Origin: Camelus ferus
Taxonomy: Eukaryota
Direction of reading: 5' to 3'
DNA length: 64,000 bases
NCBI RefSeq assembly: GCF_009834535.1
Contig: NC_045707.1
Coordinates: forward strand, 56,670,001-56,734,000
The notes below the pieces were generated by a model, which worked only from the letters and a program-made list of their open reading frames with translations, made no database searches and was not told where the DNA came from. The position numbers and the translations under genes were made by a program. This document shows positions 15,580 to 27,687 of this stretch, one piece after another. The stretch's first letter is position 1; every line of letters starts with the position of its first letter.

Positions 15580-16057
15580 TTTATGTTAGATATTTGCTCT
15601 ACTAGGATAACAAGGCTGTTAATTTTTTTCATGGTCAAAAATCTGGAGGTTACATGGTCCAGGTTTAGCAAAGATACTCAAGAATGTCTTTAGGGAACCA
15701 TGCTTCTTCTATCCTTCTCTTCCATCCTTAATATATACCTCTTCACCTCTGGCCACTGAAAGCCACTATAAACCACTGAACTGATAATCATGTTCACATT
15801 CTAAAGAGGAGGCAGCAGATAAGGGAAAATCAAAGGCAAAAGCCTTATTTTCAAGAGATTTGGACATTTCATTCAAGAGGTAAAGCCTGAGGCATCCTTC
15901 CACATTCTACTGGCCAAAACTCTATCCTGATCAAACCTGTAAGGACGTTGTAAAGAGATTGGAGTAATGAGTACTTTGCTTCCCAGTCTCTGAAGCAGAG
16001 GAAGGAAAAGAGGTTTCCGGTAAGTTGTGAGTGAGCAAACTGCCAGTATTTGCCATA
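15580..16057 (-). mobile_element. MaLR LTR (MLT1K/L-like)
   Basis: 'cacattctactggccaaaact...gagcaaactgccagtatttgccata' typical of antisense MLT1 LTRs. Confidence 0.6.
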
Positions 16058-16088
16058 CTGACATAAGGCTATCTTTTGGCATGAGTTC

Positions 16089-16975
16089 AAACTTAAAGAT
16101 ACTTTCTTTTGCACAGCAAAGGAAACCGTACACAAAATGAAAAGACAACCTGTGGACTGGGAGAAATGTTTGTAAATAATGAGACTGACAAGGGCTTGAT
16201 CTCCAGAATATACAAACAGCTCATACAACTCAATAACAAAAACAAACAAACAATCCAATCAAAATAAATGGGCAGAAGATCTAAATAGACATTACTCCGA
16301 AGAAGACATACAGATGGCCAATAGGCAATGAAAGATGCTCAATATCGGTAATTATCAGTGAAATGCAAATCAATACTAAATGAGGTATTGCCTTACACTG
16401 GTCAGAATGGCCATCATTAAAAAGTCCACAAACAATAAATGCTGGAAAGAGTGTAGAAAAAAGAGTGCCCTCTTATACTGTTGGGAGGAATGTAATTTGG
16501 TGTAGCCACTATGGAAAACAGTACGGAGGTTCCTCAAAAAACTAAGAATAGACTTACTCTATGATCCAATGATTCCACTCCTCGGCATATATCTGGAGGA
16601 AACTCTTATTCAAAACATACATGCACCCCAATGTTCATAGCAGTACTATTAATAATAGTCAGGACGGACACAGAAGCAACCTAAATGTCAACTGACAGAT
16701 GACTGAATAAAGAAGATGTGGGGTACACACACACACACACACACACACAATGGAATACTATGAAGACATAAACTATTATGCACAGAATAAACAACGAGGT
16801 CCCACTGTATAGCAGTTGGAACTATAATCAATAACTTGCAATAACCAACAATGAAAAAGAATATGAAAAAGAAGAATATATATGTGTAACTGAATCACTA
16901 TGCTGTACACCAGAAACTAACACAACATTGTAAATCAACTATACTTCAATCAAAAAAAAAAAAAAAAAAGAAAGA
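16089..16975 (+). mobile_element. 5'-truncated L1 (cetartiodactyl-type 3' UTR) with poly(A) tail and internal deletion
   Basis: ORF2 3' region ('gcacagcaaaggaaacc...gaagacatacagatggccaa...gtagccactatggaaaacagt'), 3' UTR 'tgtaactgaatcactatgctgtacaccagaaactaacacaacattgtaaatcaactatacttcaat', and A-tail from 16952. Confidence 0.92.
16725..16748. repeat. (AC)12 microsatellite inside L1
   Basis: Directly visible. Confidence 0.95.
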
Positions 16976-19029
16976 AAAACTTACTGGAACTTTGAAAATA
17001 CCTTTCCCCATTTAAATTCATAATTATAAACTGCACTTCTATGATAAAGCTTTATTTATAGTAGATTTTTATAATTTAGTGTAATAAGTACATTAACTAG
17101 AGACTGTATCATTTTACATGGTATGTAGCATATAATACAATTTAATACTAATTCTGATCTATCATATCAAAAGTTTCTTCATGATTGAGACAAAAGTTCT
17201 CAATCAAAACCATAGTAAGCTGACAAATTTCAGTTACTGTAAAAGTCATGATGTGCAATATTAATTTTTGCCCAGGAAACAAAAGCAATTGATTTTCAAT
17301 CGAAATTGTACTTGAGCTTCGGTGAAAAAGTCCTTTGGTCAGTACACCCAAAGGAGTAAAAAAAAATAATAAAGAAAAGGCAAAACTCATGAATGAGGAT
17401 GAACTTATTCAGGAGAACATCATATTTAGCCCTTTCATTTTCTTTAGGGAAGTCCTTTATCATAGTTACAGTTTAAGGTGTATTATATCTGATTACTCAC
17501 TATAACTATGGCAGGATCAGAAGTTTAAGGATAAGGGTCAGATGGCATCTTGAGTTTTTCTTAAACAATTTATTGCACAATCACAGACACTGGGTGGATA
17601 TTTAACAATGGGGAAAGAAATTCATGTAAATGGAGGGATATATGTGAGTCATATAATTTCTATGGCAGAAAAAGCCTAAAACCAATCTCTGAAACCAATG
17701 TCTCATAAGAACATAAATATCCTAAAATAAGACTCATCACAAACAATTTTGAGAACTTCTAGATAAATATGTAGACATTATCCATTCAGGAAACATTTAT
17801 AGTGTCTATACTATACTAAGGCACGTTCTAGGTGATGAGAATATAGTAGCAAATGAAAGAGATACAAAGATGTTTGAAACATACTTTAAATAGTTCAGCC
17901 TACAGAACATATTACTATGCAAATTTAGTTTAAGGGCCAGTAACCAAGGGCCATCAGCTGCTGTAATCAATCACATTCTGGGGTGGTCGGCCCCCATTGT
18001 TTCAGAGAACTAAGGCTGAGGTGGTGGCTATAATAAGAGTTTCAGATATGTAGTGAAAACCCGATGGTTTTCTGGTTGGCGTCTTGGACATCAGAAATGG
18101 GTTTATATTAGTGAAAAGTGTGACTCGACTATTATGATGAATACTACATTTGGGGATTAGTGGAGAATCTAAAAATATTTAAGAAATATCCATTGGTTAA
18201 AATGTTTTAGAACTATTCCTTTCTTTTGTACAATAGAGCAGACAAATCCAGCAAATCCTGTATCTTGTATCCTACATTCAGTCTCAGGCAGGGGGATGAT
18301 TTGCCACTTGAAGATGGCCATAAGTATGACAGGACATTGTTTTATCTGCCCTTTGTGCAGAGTATGCTTGGAGCCCCTAAAAGGACAAAGACCTGGGAGA
18401 AGAAAAGGAAGGCTGAGGAGGAGGGCTAGGTTCCCTAAGACCTCTTTGCCAGCTGCTGTAATCTAGATATAAAAGTAAAAAAATAAAACTTAAAAATTGT
18501 GCATGGCCAAATCAACTTAGGTTGGATAACGACAAAAAACACCCTACCCTGTGGAGCTTATATTCTGGTAAGAGAAATGAATAATATACAAATAAACATG
18601 GTACCTATTAAACTATTTTACTGAGTATTCACAGAATGCCCCTGAGTAAATGGTTGAGCCAAGAGCTGAATGAAATGGATTGAAGTACATTTTTTTTTTA
18701 AATCACATCAGATAGGTATCATCCGGATTTGAAAGTCCTTCTTCCTAAAGAGTGCATAAACCAAGGTTGTTGGAATTAAGTGTCTGCTAACCATACAAAA
18801 TGAGTGCAAGGTGGGAGAAAATAATCCTTGGTTCTAAAGAATAGTTTTATCACCTGGGAGAGACAGTGAGTATTTTGTCCTTTATGATACATAAACTGAG
18901 GTTGGAATACAAAAATATCTAACATCTCTTTCAACTCTTAAAATTTAAGTGATTCTTATTCTAAATAGTCTAGGACAAGCTGACATTGTAGGCTTTGATA
19001 CAAGTGAAAGTCAAAGCAAGTTTTCTTTT

Positions 19030-19705
19030 TTATAAAAGCTTCATTGTGATATAATTCACATAACTTACAATTCCTCCATTTATAGGTGTACAATTCAATC
19101 ATTTTCATTAGATTTACAGAGGTACGCAACCGTCACCATGATCAATTTTTATCTGTCTCCAAAAGAAACCCTGTACTTATTAGCACAGCACCCGTTAGCA
19201 ATCTCTTGCCACTTACTCCCCTAGGTTCACCTTCCAGTCCTAGGCAACCATCAATCAAGTTTCTATCTCTATGGATTTGCATACTCTGAATATTTACTAG
19301 AAATGGAATCACACAACATGTGATCCTTTGTGACTGCTTTCTTTTACTTAGCATAATGCTTTCAAGGTTCATCCATGTTATAACATTTATCACCACTTCA
19401 TTTCATTCATTTCCATATAATAATATTCTGTTGTATGGATATACTATATTTTATTTATTCATTCATCAGTCGATTTATATTTTACTCGTTTTTACTCTTG
19501 CCTACTATAAATCGAATGCTGCCATAAACATTAATGTTCATGTTTTTGTGTTTTATTTTCTCCTGGGCATATATCTATGCCCAAATATAGATAGAATTAC
19601 TGGGTCATATGATAACTTTGTTTAACTTTTTGAGGAATTGCCAGACTTTTCCAAAGTTGATGTAACATTTTACATTCTACAACTAGTGTACAAGGGTTCC
19701 AATTT
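19030..19705 (-). mobile_element. L1MB-like 3' end
   Basis: 'gatataattcacataac...gtgtacaattcaat', 'cttagcataatgctttcaaggttcatccatgtt', 'tttttgaggaattgccagact'. The minus-strand ORF 19142-19396 (ITWMNLESIMLSKRKQSQ) is the typical L1 ORF2 C-terminal remnant. Confidence 0.9.
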
Positions 19706-19952
19706 CCAACAATGTAAATGTTTAAAGATAAGCTTTTTAAATTCAAAAGGTAATCTTAGAGACAAGCATCCCCCGAACCAAGTTTGTATTTAGTAGCCTC
19801 AAGACCTCATCTTACTGTAACACTCTGAACTGACCCATGCAGTTTTATTATGTATTGTAACTACTAAATAGTGTGCATTTATTTTGTCTCTCATTCTTTT
19901 AGGCTCTTATTTCATTATCTGCTATTTACTGAAAGCAATCACATTTCTCAGG

Positions 19953-20454
19953 TATGATAGGCTGAATAGTGGACCCTAAGTATAATAATGGACCCTAAGG
20001 TTGAAAAATGGATAAATAAGTATTAATCCTTCGGACGTTTGTATCATTGTGTAGCAGAATGGATTTTCCAGGTGTGATTAAATTAAGGATCTTGAGATGG
20101 AGAAATTATCCTAGATTGTCCAAGAGGCTCTAAAGAAAACGCCAAATTGGAAGGCTGAGGGAGATTTGACATAGAAGAAAGCAGTGACCACTGAAACAAG
20201 ATACTGCTGGCTCTGAAGATAGAAGAAGGGACCATGGGCCAAAAAATTCAAGGAAAGCAGATCTAGAAGCTGGGAAAGTCAAGGAAATTGACTGTTTTCT
20301 AGAGCCTCTGAAAGGACCACAGCAATGCTAACACCTTGAGTTTGACCCAGTTTTCAGACTTCTCACTTCCAGAACTTTAAGAAAATAAATGTGTGTTGGT
20401 TTAAGCCACCAAACCTGTGGTAATCTGTTACAGCAGCCATAGAAAATTAATATA
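19953..20454 (+). mobile_element. MaLR LTR (MLT1D-like)
   Basis: 'gtgtgattaaattaaggatcttgagatggagaaattatcctagatt' and 3' end 'aataaatgtgtgttggtttaagccaccaaacctgtggtaatctgttacagcagccatagaaaattaata'. Confidence 0.88.
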
Positions 20455-21029
20455 TGAGACAATATATTTACATTTTAATATGATTCTTAGGGGACCTGCA
20501 CTGTCTTACCTTATAGGAATAATTCTAATGGAAATATAATATAATAATGGTAATCATAGTAGATACTTGGAGTTAAATTTTTGGTGTCTCATCAATCACA
20601 CATTCTACATGGTAGCTTATTCTTAAACTTCCGCAATTGGGAAATTACAGGAGATCATTAATCTTTGTGTAAATTTCAGGAATCCAGGGAACAAATTCTA
20701 TGTTCCACCAGCTCAATGTGTAAGTAAGAATGCATATTTATCCTTATTTTTTTTTTTTACCCCCAAACCTATGATTACTAGAGGTATGATTTTGACTCCT
20801 TGACTTAAGTGGAAGGAGGTGTAGCTGAGAGGTTTCCAAACTCAGGTTTTGGTATTTGATTACAAATTGTGCTAGAAAATACAATGCATGCATATCAGAG
20901 TTGATAATGTGAAGACTGAAGAGAAGCTTTATAAAATACTTAGTACAGAGCATAGTGCATAGTAAACATTAAGGTGGCCATTAGTTACTATTTACTATTA
21001 TTAATATTATTATCAATGGAGTTATTAAT

Positions 21030-21300
21030 GAATGACAGCTGCATAGTAATGAAGGGGTCAGATTTTGATGTCAGACTCCCAGCCAGGATCTGGTTTCTGG
21101 CTCGGATAGACATCAGGTGTATGACACTGAAGAAGTCATTTATTATCCCTGTGTCTCAGTTTCTTTCTTTATAAAATGGTTTTAATAACAGAACCAACTC
21201 ACAGGGATGTTGTAACTACTGGATGAATTCATGAATGGAAGTGTGAAGACTCATGCCTTGCACCTAGAAGCTTGCTAAATTTTAATACTTTGTATTATTT
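21030..21300 (+). mobile_element. MIR SINE (preceded by another MIR 3' fragment at ~20880-21010)
   Basis: 'gtgtatgacactgaagaagtcattt...ctgtgtctcagtttctttctttataaaatgg...ctcacagggatgttgt'. Confidence 0.75.
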
Positions 21301-21368
21301 ATTAAAGATTTAAATTCCCTACCTTACCACACTGAGGGTCTCACCATTTCTGTTTGTAGAGTCATGTT

Positions 21369-21835
21369 TGTTACGGGTACTATAAACAAAGCATGTTGCT
21401 TGCCATCCCAGGTCTACATGGATCAAGCCATTAGCCACTGCTAGTGTTGCCCACCAACAGTGCACCTGAAGGAGTTCAGGATAAAGAAAAACAGGAAGCG
21501 TTATGTGCTTAATATACTCGCCCTAGAATGTTAAGATGTGTATCTAAGGAATAATTTCCGTGAACTGAGATTCTTGCATCTTCCCACACATAGAAAAGCA
21601 CTAAAATTATTAACTCAAGATTTCCATTCTTTGCGATTAGCAGTAATCTTTTGATGCTGGACTATATATATATATTTTCCCAGCAAATAACTCATATATC
21701 CTGGCTCCTCCTTTATCTCTTCAGAGTAACCTCAGAGCTATCTGAAAAGCGTCTCCCAGGCTATAGTCTCAGTAAGGTCCCCAAATAAAACCTAACTTAC
21801 AGCTTTCAGATCATGTGCTTTTCTTTCAACTGGCA
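21369..21835 (+). mobile_element. ERV1-class solo LTR (cetartiodactyl MER41-like/ALTR2-like family)
   Basis: TG...CA termini, TATA-like 'catatatcctggctcc', AATAAA at 21784-21789, and internal 'aagccattagccactgc...cttgcatcttcccacacatagaaaagcactaaa' recognised from artiodactyl LTRs. No clean TSD seen. Confidence 0.7.
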
Positions 21836-22389
21836 GTGGAAAAAAAAAACTGAATAAACTGACATTGTGTTTCTGTGTCTTCCAGCCTGTCACATCCCCT
21901 TTGTCACAACATTATGCACACCACTATGTTGCCTGGATCCCATACATCAGTGGGGAAAATCCCCTCTTAGGTAGCCTATTTACTTAACCCACTTGTAAAG
22001 CGGTTGGCGGTTGGCAATAAAGAAGCTTCTGCAATTCTGAAAGCTTCCCTGGGGGCAACATCCTCAGGCCTGCCACTTGTGTGCAAATACGTTTCTACTT
22101 TTGGGAAAGGAGCCTTGTTTGTCATGACAACTCCCAGCCAAATACCTAATGGAGCTCAGCTTACAGTATCCAGGCTCCAAATTCAGGTCATGCATGGGGA
22201 AGGAGCAAAGCACCCTACACAAGCACACCAGCATTGGAAGGGAAGGCTGGGAGGGAGCAAACAAAATAATACCCTGAATTTTATGGATGAATTTTCTTCA
22301 GAAGTGTCCAGACTAGTTCATATAATTTAATTCCCCAAAACATTATTTTTGGTATCTTTCTTAAGCACAACATTCTAGTGCCCCATACA

Positions 22390-22560
22390 TGCAGAGCGCT
22401 TAGAATGCATCATATTTACTCTTGACAAAATTACCCTGGGATAGATATTATTAACCCCATTTTGCATTTGAGAAAACAAAGATTAATATAAGTTAGCTAA
22501 CTCAGAAAAAAGATACAGAGAAAGGAGAGAATCGGGTTTTAAATCTATGCCTGCCTAATC
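22390..22560 (-). mobile_element. MIR fragment
   Basis: 'tattattaaccccattttgcatttgagaaaac...aagttagctaactc'. Confidence 0.6.
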
Positions 22561-22574
22561 TCCCAACAGCAGAT

Positions 22575-23070
22575 GGATGTACCAATGTGCTTTTAATCAT
22601 TTTCCAAACATCAAACACTTAGGTTGTTTCCAATATCTTGTCATTGAAAGTAATGCCACAGTGAATATACATGTACATTAATCATTGTCAGGATTTTTAT
22701 TGCCTCGAGATAGAATAGTGTAAAGTAATGCACTAGGTCAAAGGGTATGTAATATTTTTAAAGATAATTTTTAATATATGAGAGATTGCTTCCCAGAAAG
22801 GTGGTTCTGTGTCTTACTCCCAGCAGGTGTAAGCGTGCTTAATTTGTGCACTTTCACCCACACTATTATTCTTTATTCTCAGTTAATTTGATAGGTAATG
22901 CAGAATATTACTTTAAGCAATTCACAATGAAGATGAAATTATTGTAAATTTAATTATTCATATAATTTTAAAAGTTACACTTCATTTAAAATTATTACAA
23001 AATATTGGCTACATCCCCAATGTTGTACAATACATCCTTGTAGCCTATCTTACACCCAAAGTTTGTTTCT
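22575..23070 (-). mobile_element. Old L1 fragments
   Basis: 'cacttaggttgtttccaatatcttg', 'ctaggtcaaagggtatgt', 'cccagaaaggtggtt', 'tgttgtacaatacatccttgtagc'. Confidence 0.65.
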
Positions 23071-26000
23071 AAGTATATTGATCCATTTGTACTTTTTCTA
23101 GATAATAACCTTTATTATCTCTCTCCCCTAGATCACACACACTCACTTCCCTAAATTCCCATCTTATTCCTTTGCAGTTGTATGTTTTGTATATAATTCT
23201 TCAAACTGCTTGGCACTTTTATATGGTGTAAGGTTAGAATATAACTTTATTTTTTTCTCAAGTAGCTAGAAATTTGTAGCTGTGTCATATATTGGTTTAT
23301 TCTTGGTAGTTCTTATTAAAGCTTTTAATTAAGCCTATATTATAGATATTATCCTGTTCTTCTCTTTTTGCAATTTTTGTATCATCTTTGTAAAATTTCC
23401 CATCATTTTAGTTTTCCTTTATTATCTACAAAGAGGCTTGTAATTCTATAAAGCTAAATAACAAACTAAAATCACAGAGTTAATAAGTGATGAGGCTAAG
23501 ACTGGATTTGAATGCAAACTTTCAACTTCCAAATGCCATATAGCTATCATCATGCTGATCTATCTCCATTTTATTTCTCCTCCTTTTTCCCTCCCTTATT
23601 TCAAATAGAATGTGCTTTTCTTGTATTTTAATGACAGCACATGGTAAATGCAGTCTAACAGTTTCTAACATTTCTTGTGGTATTACATTTCAAGAGTCAA
23701 CTTTCTGCTACATTTTTAAGGCAATGTTTCCATTATGCCTTTCAGTACTTTTTATACTAGCCTAAGGCCGCTTCCCTCCCTCAACACTTCCTCTAGTTTC
23801 CTTTTTCTTGAATAATGAGCACTCTGTCTTAGTAGTTTGCTGTTCAGCACAGATAAGATGTGCATTTTTCCCCTGGAATTTTCAGGTCCACCTGGATGCT
23901 GCTAGACCACTCCTCTCAGATCTTCAGCTTGAGAGTAGTTCAATGTACAAATTTCCCCAGTCTGGCAGCCTCTAGCCAATGTGGTTCTGCAAGATTAAGG
24001 ATTGATCTTGTCCTTCTCATTTTGCCTTCTCTTCTAACTCTGAAGGATGGGTTTTTTGTTTTTTTTCCTCCTGGATACTTTGAAATAAATGGCTGTTGTT
24101 TTTCCAGGCTCAGAATGGCTGCCCCAACATGCGGTGCCTGTCATATCCCAGAACTGACATACCTGCTTGGAAATGCTCTCACCTGGCCAAGTTACACTAC
24201 TGGGTGTTTAGTCTCCAGGGCAAATGCTAAAAGTATAGAGGGGGCTAGTAATGGCCTAGAACTGAAGAAAGAGCAGGTTCAGAGTTTTGGTGCAGATCCT
24301 GTTGCTCCAAGGGCACCATCCATGTGATTGTACCTAATCGCACACTCAGGACTTCCACCACATGGTAATGTCTGTTTTACTTGCCAAAATATAGAGCAGC
24401 TCTGAGTGTCTGCAGCATCTGGTACATTTGCTGTGTAGTAGAGGAAATACCTCCCAGAATGTGGCAAATTAGAAACAATACTCTCCCTTCTAGGGCCATG
24501 AAGACTCGAACACTCGTGATTTCATGGGTAATTTGAGGAGAAAGCAGAGGAGGTGGATGAGCCAATCATTGTTAGTCACCAACATATGACAAAAGCCATA
24601 AACTTGTTTAAGAATTCTAGTATTACACAAACTACAAAGATTTACGGATTTGTGACACCTCATTTGAACCCATCTCCCTGAGAATTGTTCTTGCAATACA
24701 TGATTTTAGGCAAGCTAATGTGGAAGTTCTGCCTGTTTCTTGTCCATGCTTTGTTCTTTTTCCTATCTACTCCTCTTCATAGAATCCAGCACTGTGAAGT
24801 CATCGTGAGACACGTAGTAAGTGCTTATAAGTTGACTCTGACAGGTTTTCATCTCTTACCATTTTGCTCCATTGTTTCCATCCACCCCTCCTTAGTTGCT
24901 AATGCTTTTCTTCATGAAAGTCCAGATAAAATTCACACTCGCTCTGGAAAACATCTGAATCATTTTCTATTCCTTCTTTTACTTCACTTATCTTTAAAAG
25001 GCACACATAACAAAGTCCTGTTCCTGTTCTCTTGGATCAAATTTTTTCACTCACGAGTATCTTCTATATTGTTTCCTCTTCCTTATCCAGCTATTATTTT
25101 GTACTTACTTGAAACAATTTTTCAAAACTTATAAGGCCACTTGGTAGGGGCAGTTTCAGCAGCTTGCTCATAGCCATCTGCCTGATAAATCAGTGGTAGA
25201 GCCCAAAGTGGATGTAAGGATGTTAATCGTGTAGATTTACAGTTCAAAATTCTTACTAACATACTCATTCTCATTGGAGGTTATTATTCATGTTATAGAT
25301 AATAATTAGAAATTAATATGAAATATATTTTTGATGAACTATGACATAATATGAATCCTTCATAAAGCTAATAAAATATTGCTTTGATCATATTCAATTT
25401 TGTAACAATTGATGAAAGGGAGAAAGTGAGACAATAAATATAAAACGTTTAGCACAGGGTCTGGTACATAGTAAGTACTCAATAAGTCTTCACTATCATT
25501 ATTTATTAAGTGGCTAATAGATGTCAAGTGACCTGCTATTCACTCTACAGCTAAGAAAGCCTTTAAAGCAAATTATTTAATTATCTGGATTTCTTTTAAG
25601 GCTTTGATATTTTCCTGGGGTTTATTATATCTACTTACTATGATTTCCAGTACAATTTAAATATCAGTATATCATTAAATGATTTAGAATTTACATGCCA
25701 AGGAGAGGTTATGTTTTCTTCGTTCATTTAAGTTCCTTTAGTTGTATGTTGCAGTGAATCAGCCAGGTTCAGAATTGCGTTTGTTGAAAAGAAACATGCT
25801 CTCCTAAGTCCCCTTGTAACTGTCTGCCATAGTTTCTGCTCGAAAAAAAAAAATTAAAAACCTTTAAAATGTTTTTATTCTCTAATATTTCTTACATAAT
25901 GAGTATATAAAGTGAAATCCTGTGATGAAAATAAGCAATTTCAATGTAATAACATGGCCTCAGTTAGTATCAGACACCCATTAAGGCCATAGTTAGTAAG

Positions 26001-27030
26001 GGTAGCTTCTAAATCCTCCAATGTTTAAAATGAAAGCTGTGTAATGATCGATTTCATAAATATACTAAGGCATTTTTTACAAAGGATATCTAACAATTTC
26101 TCCACATGAACCACTACCAGGCTGTATTGCCATTAGCAACCTAGGGTGAAAATGACCACCACAGCAGTGTTCATAATACTTTCTGTTCACAGAAGTCATA
26201 TTTATGGTTATGATTGGTATTCTAAGACTCAGATCCTTCCATTTTCACAGTATTCAAAGACAAGATGTTTTTATACATGTTCTTTCTTGCTTACAGGATG
26301 GCAACAGTAACTAACCCTTTCAATTGTGCAAAGTTAGCCTTCCGTTTCTTCCGGTGGTTGTCACACTGATCCCTAGTCTTCCTTTGGTCTGTGTGAATGA
26401 TTTAGAAATAAGGAGAAACTGAACATATGTATATTGCTTACTGTCAGTCAAGGCTTTCTGCCTATTCATTATTCCTCTTTACCCTAATATAAAACAAACC
26501 CCATGTCAGGAGAGGTACTGTATCTGTATATGAAGTGAGTTAAGTCACAGCAGTATAACATGTAAGATGTGACACATCCCTTGAGGGGAAGCAGAGCCCC
26601 AGTTTTCTTTGAGAAGGAAAGGCACAACCTGCCAGGAGCATGTATCCTTCCGCGTTGTTTAGTTGCCTGCACTGAGAAAAGCAGATGAAGAGGCTTGATT
26701 ACGTTCTGGAAGAGGCACATTTCCTCCAGGTATTGGAGCTGGCCTGTGGAAATCAGTCTCTTTCCAGTATTCCATGTTTCCAATGTTTTCCTCCATCCTG
26801 TGTCCCGCTATAAGGAAATTCTCAGTTATCTGTAGATAGATTCCACTAAGATGAGATCTGATAGTGATATACAGGACAGGCTTTCAGAAAAGGTGTGTGT
26901 ATGGGTGTGTGTGCCAAGAGGTAAAGGGAGACCTTGAAGCTCCAGAATAAACATAGTATATTTAGTTAGTAGTGCAGTCAATTGCATTTTAAAGAAACCT
27001 ACCTGAATACTAAACTAAATAGAGATACAG

Positions 27031-27218
27031 CTGTGTTATCCAATACAGTGGCCACTAGCCACATATGGCTCCTTAAAACTACATTTTAAATGTATTAAAT
27101 TAAAAATTAATTCTCTAGTCTTACTAGCTACATTTCAAATGCTCTATAACTCCATGGGGATAGTGGCTACTGTAATGGGTAGGGCACAACATTGCAGAAA
27201 CTTCCACTGAGAGCAATG
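27031..27218 (+). mobile_element. MER3 (hAT-Charlie non-autonomous DNA transposon)
   Basis: 'tccaatacagtggccactagccacatatggct...ctagctacatttcaaatgctc...tagtggctactgtaatgg' is the quasi-palindromic MER3 structure. Confidence 0.85.
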
Positions 27219-27636
27219 GAGAGGTGGGCAGTCCTTGTGCTAGTGATACTCAGGCTCATTCTAGAGTCTTACTAGGTTATTCATCACGTTTTCTTGTCCA
27301 TAAGTCCACAGATCAAAGTGTTTGTCCCACCCCTAGGCCTCATGCTAAGGCTGCAGGCAGGAAAAACGGAAAGAGTAAGAGTCAAAAAGCTGATTACAGC
27401 TGATTCTCTCCCCACTTTTTTCTTCACAAAATTAATAGCTCTTCCAGAATCCTCAACTACTAGAGTCCTTAAAACACATGGAACTAAAATGAAATGAGTC
27501 ACATGTCCTCCCCTAATGGGGAGAAGGTCTAGAGTGGTGAATATTTCTAACTAACTGACACATTGCTATTACAAACAAAGTAAGAGTTGTGCTGTAAGGC
27601 AGAAGCAAAGAATCAAAACTGAGTACGCATTATCAG

Positions 27637-27687
27637 CGTGGGATACTTCTTTTATGGTATACTCGTGGGATACTTCTTTTATGGTAT
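27637..27687. repeat. Perfect 24-bp direct repeat with 3-bp spacer
   Basis: CGTGGGATACTTCTTTTATGGTAT at 27637-27660 and 27664-27687. Confidence 0.97.

Noticed and set aside
14784..25134. Longer ORFs at 14784-15221, 22004-22330, 23860-24327 and 24685-25134 (also 60589-61071)
   Set aside because: No recognisable domains or convincing exon structure; composition reflects low-complexity or decayed-repeat DNA.
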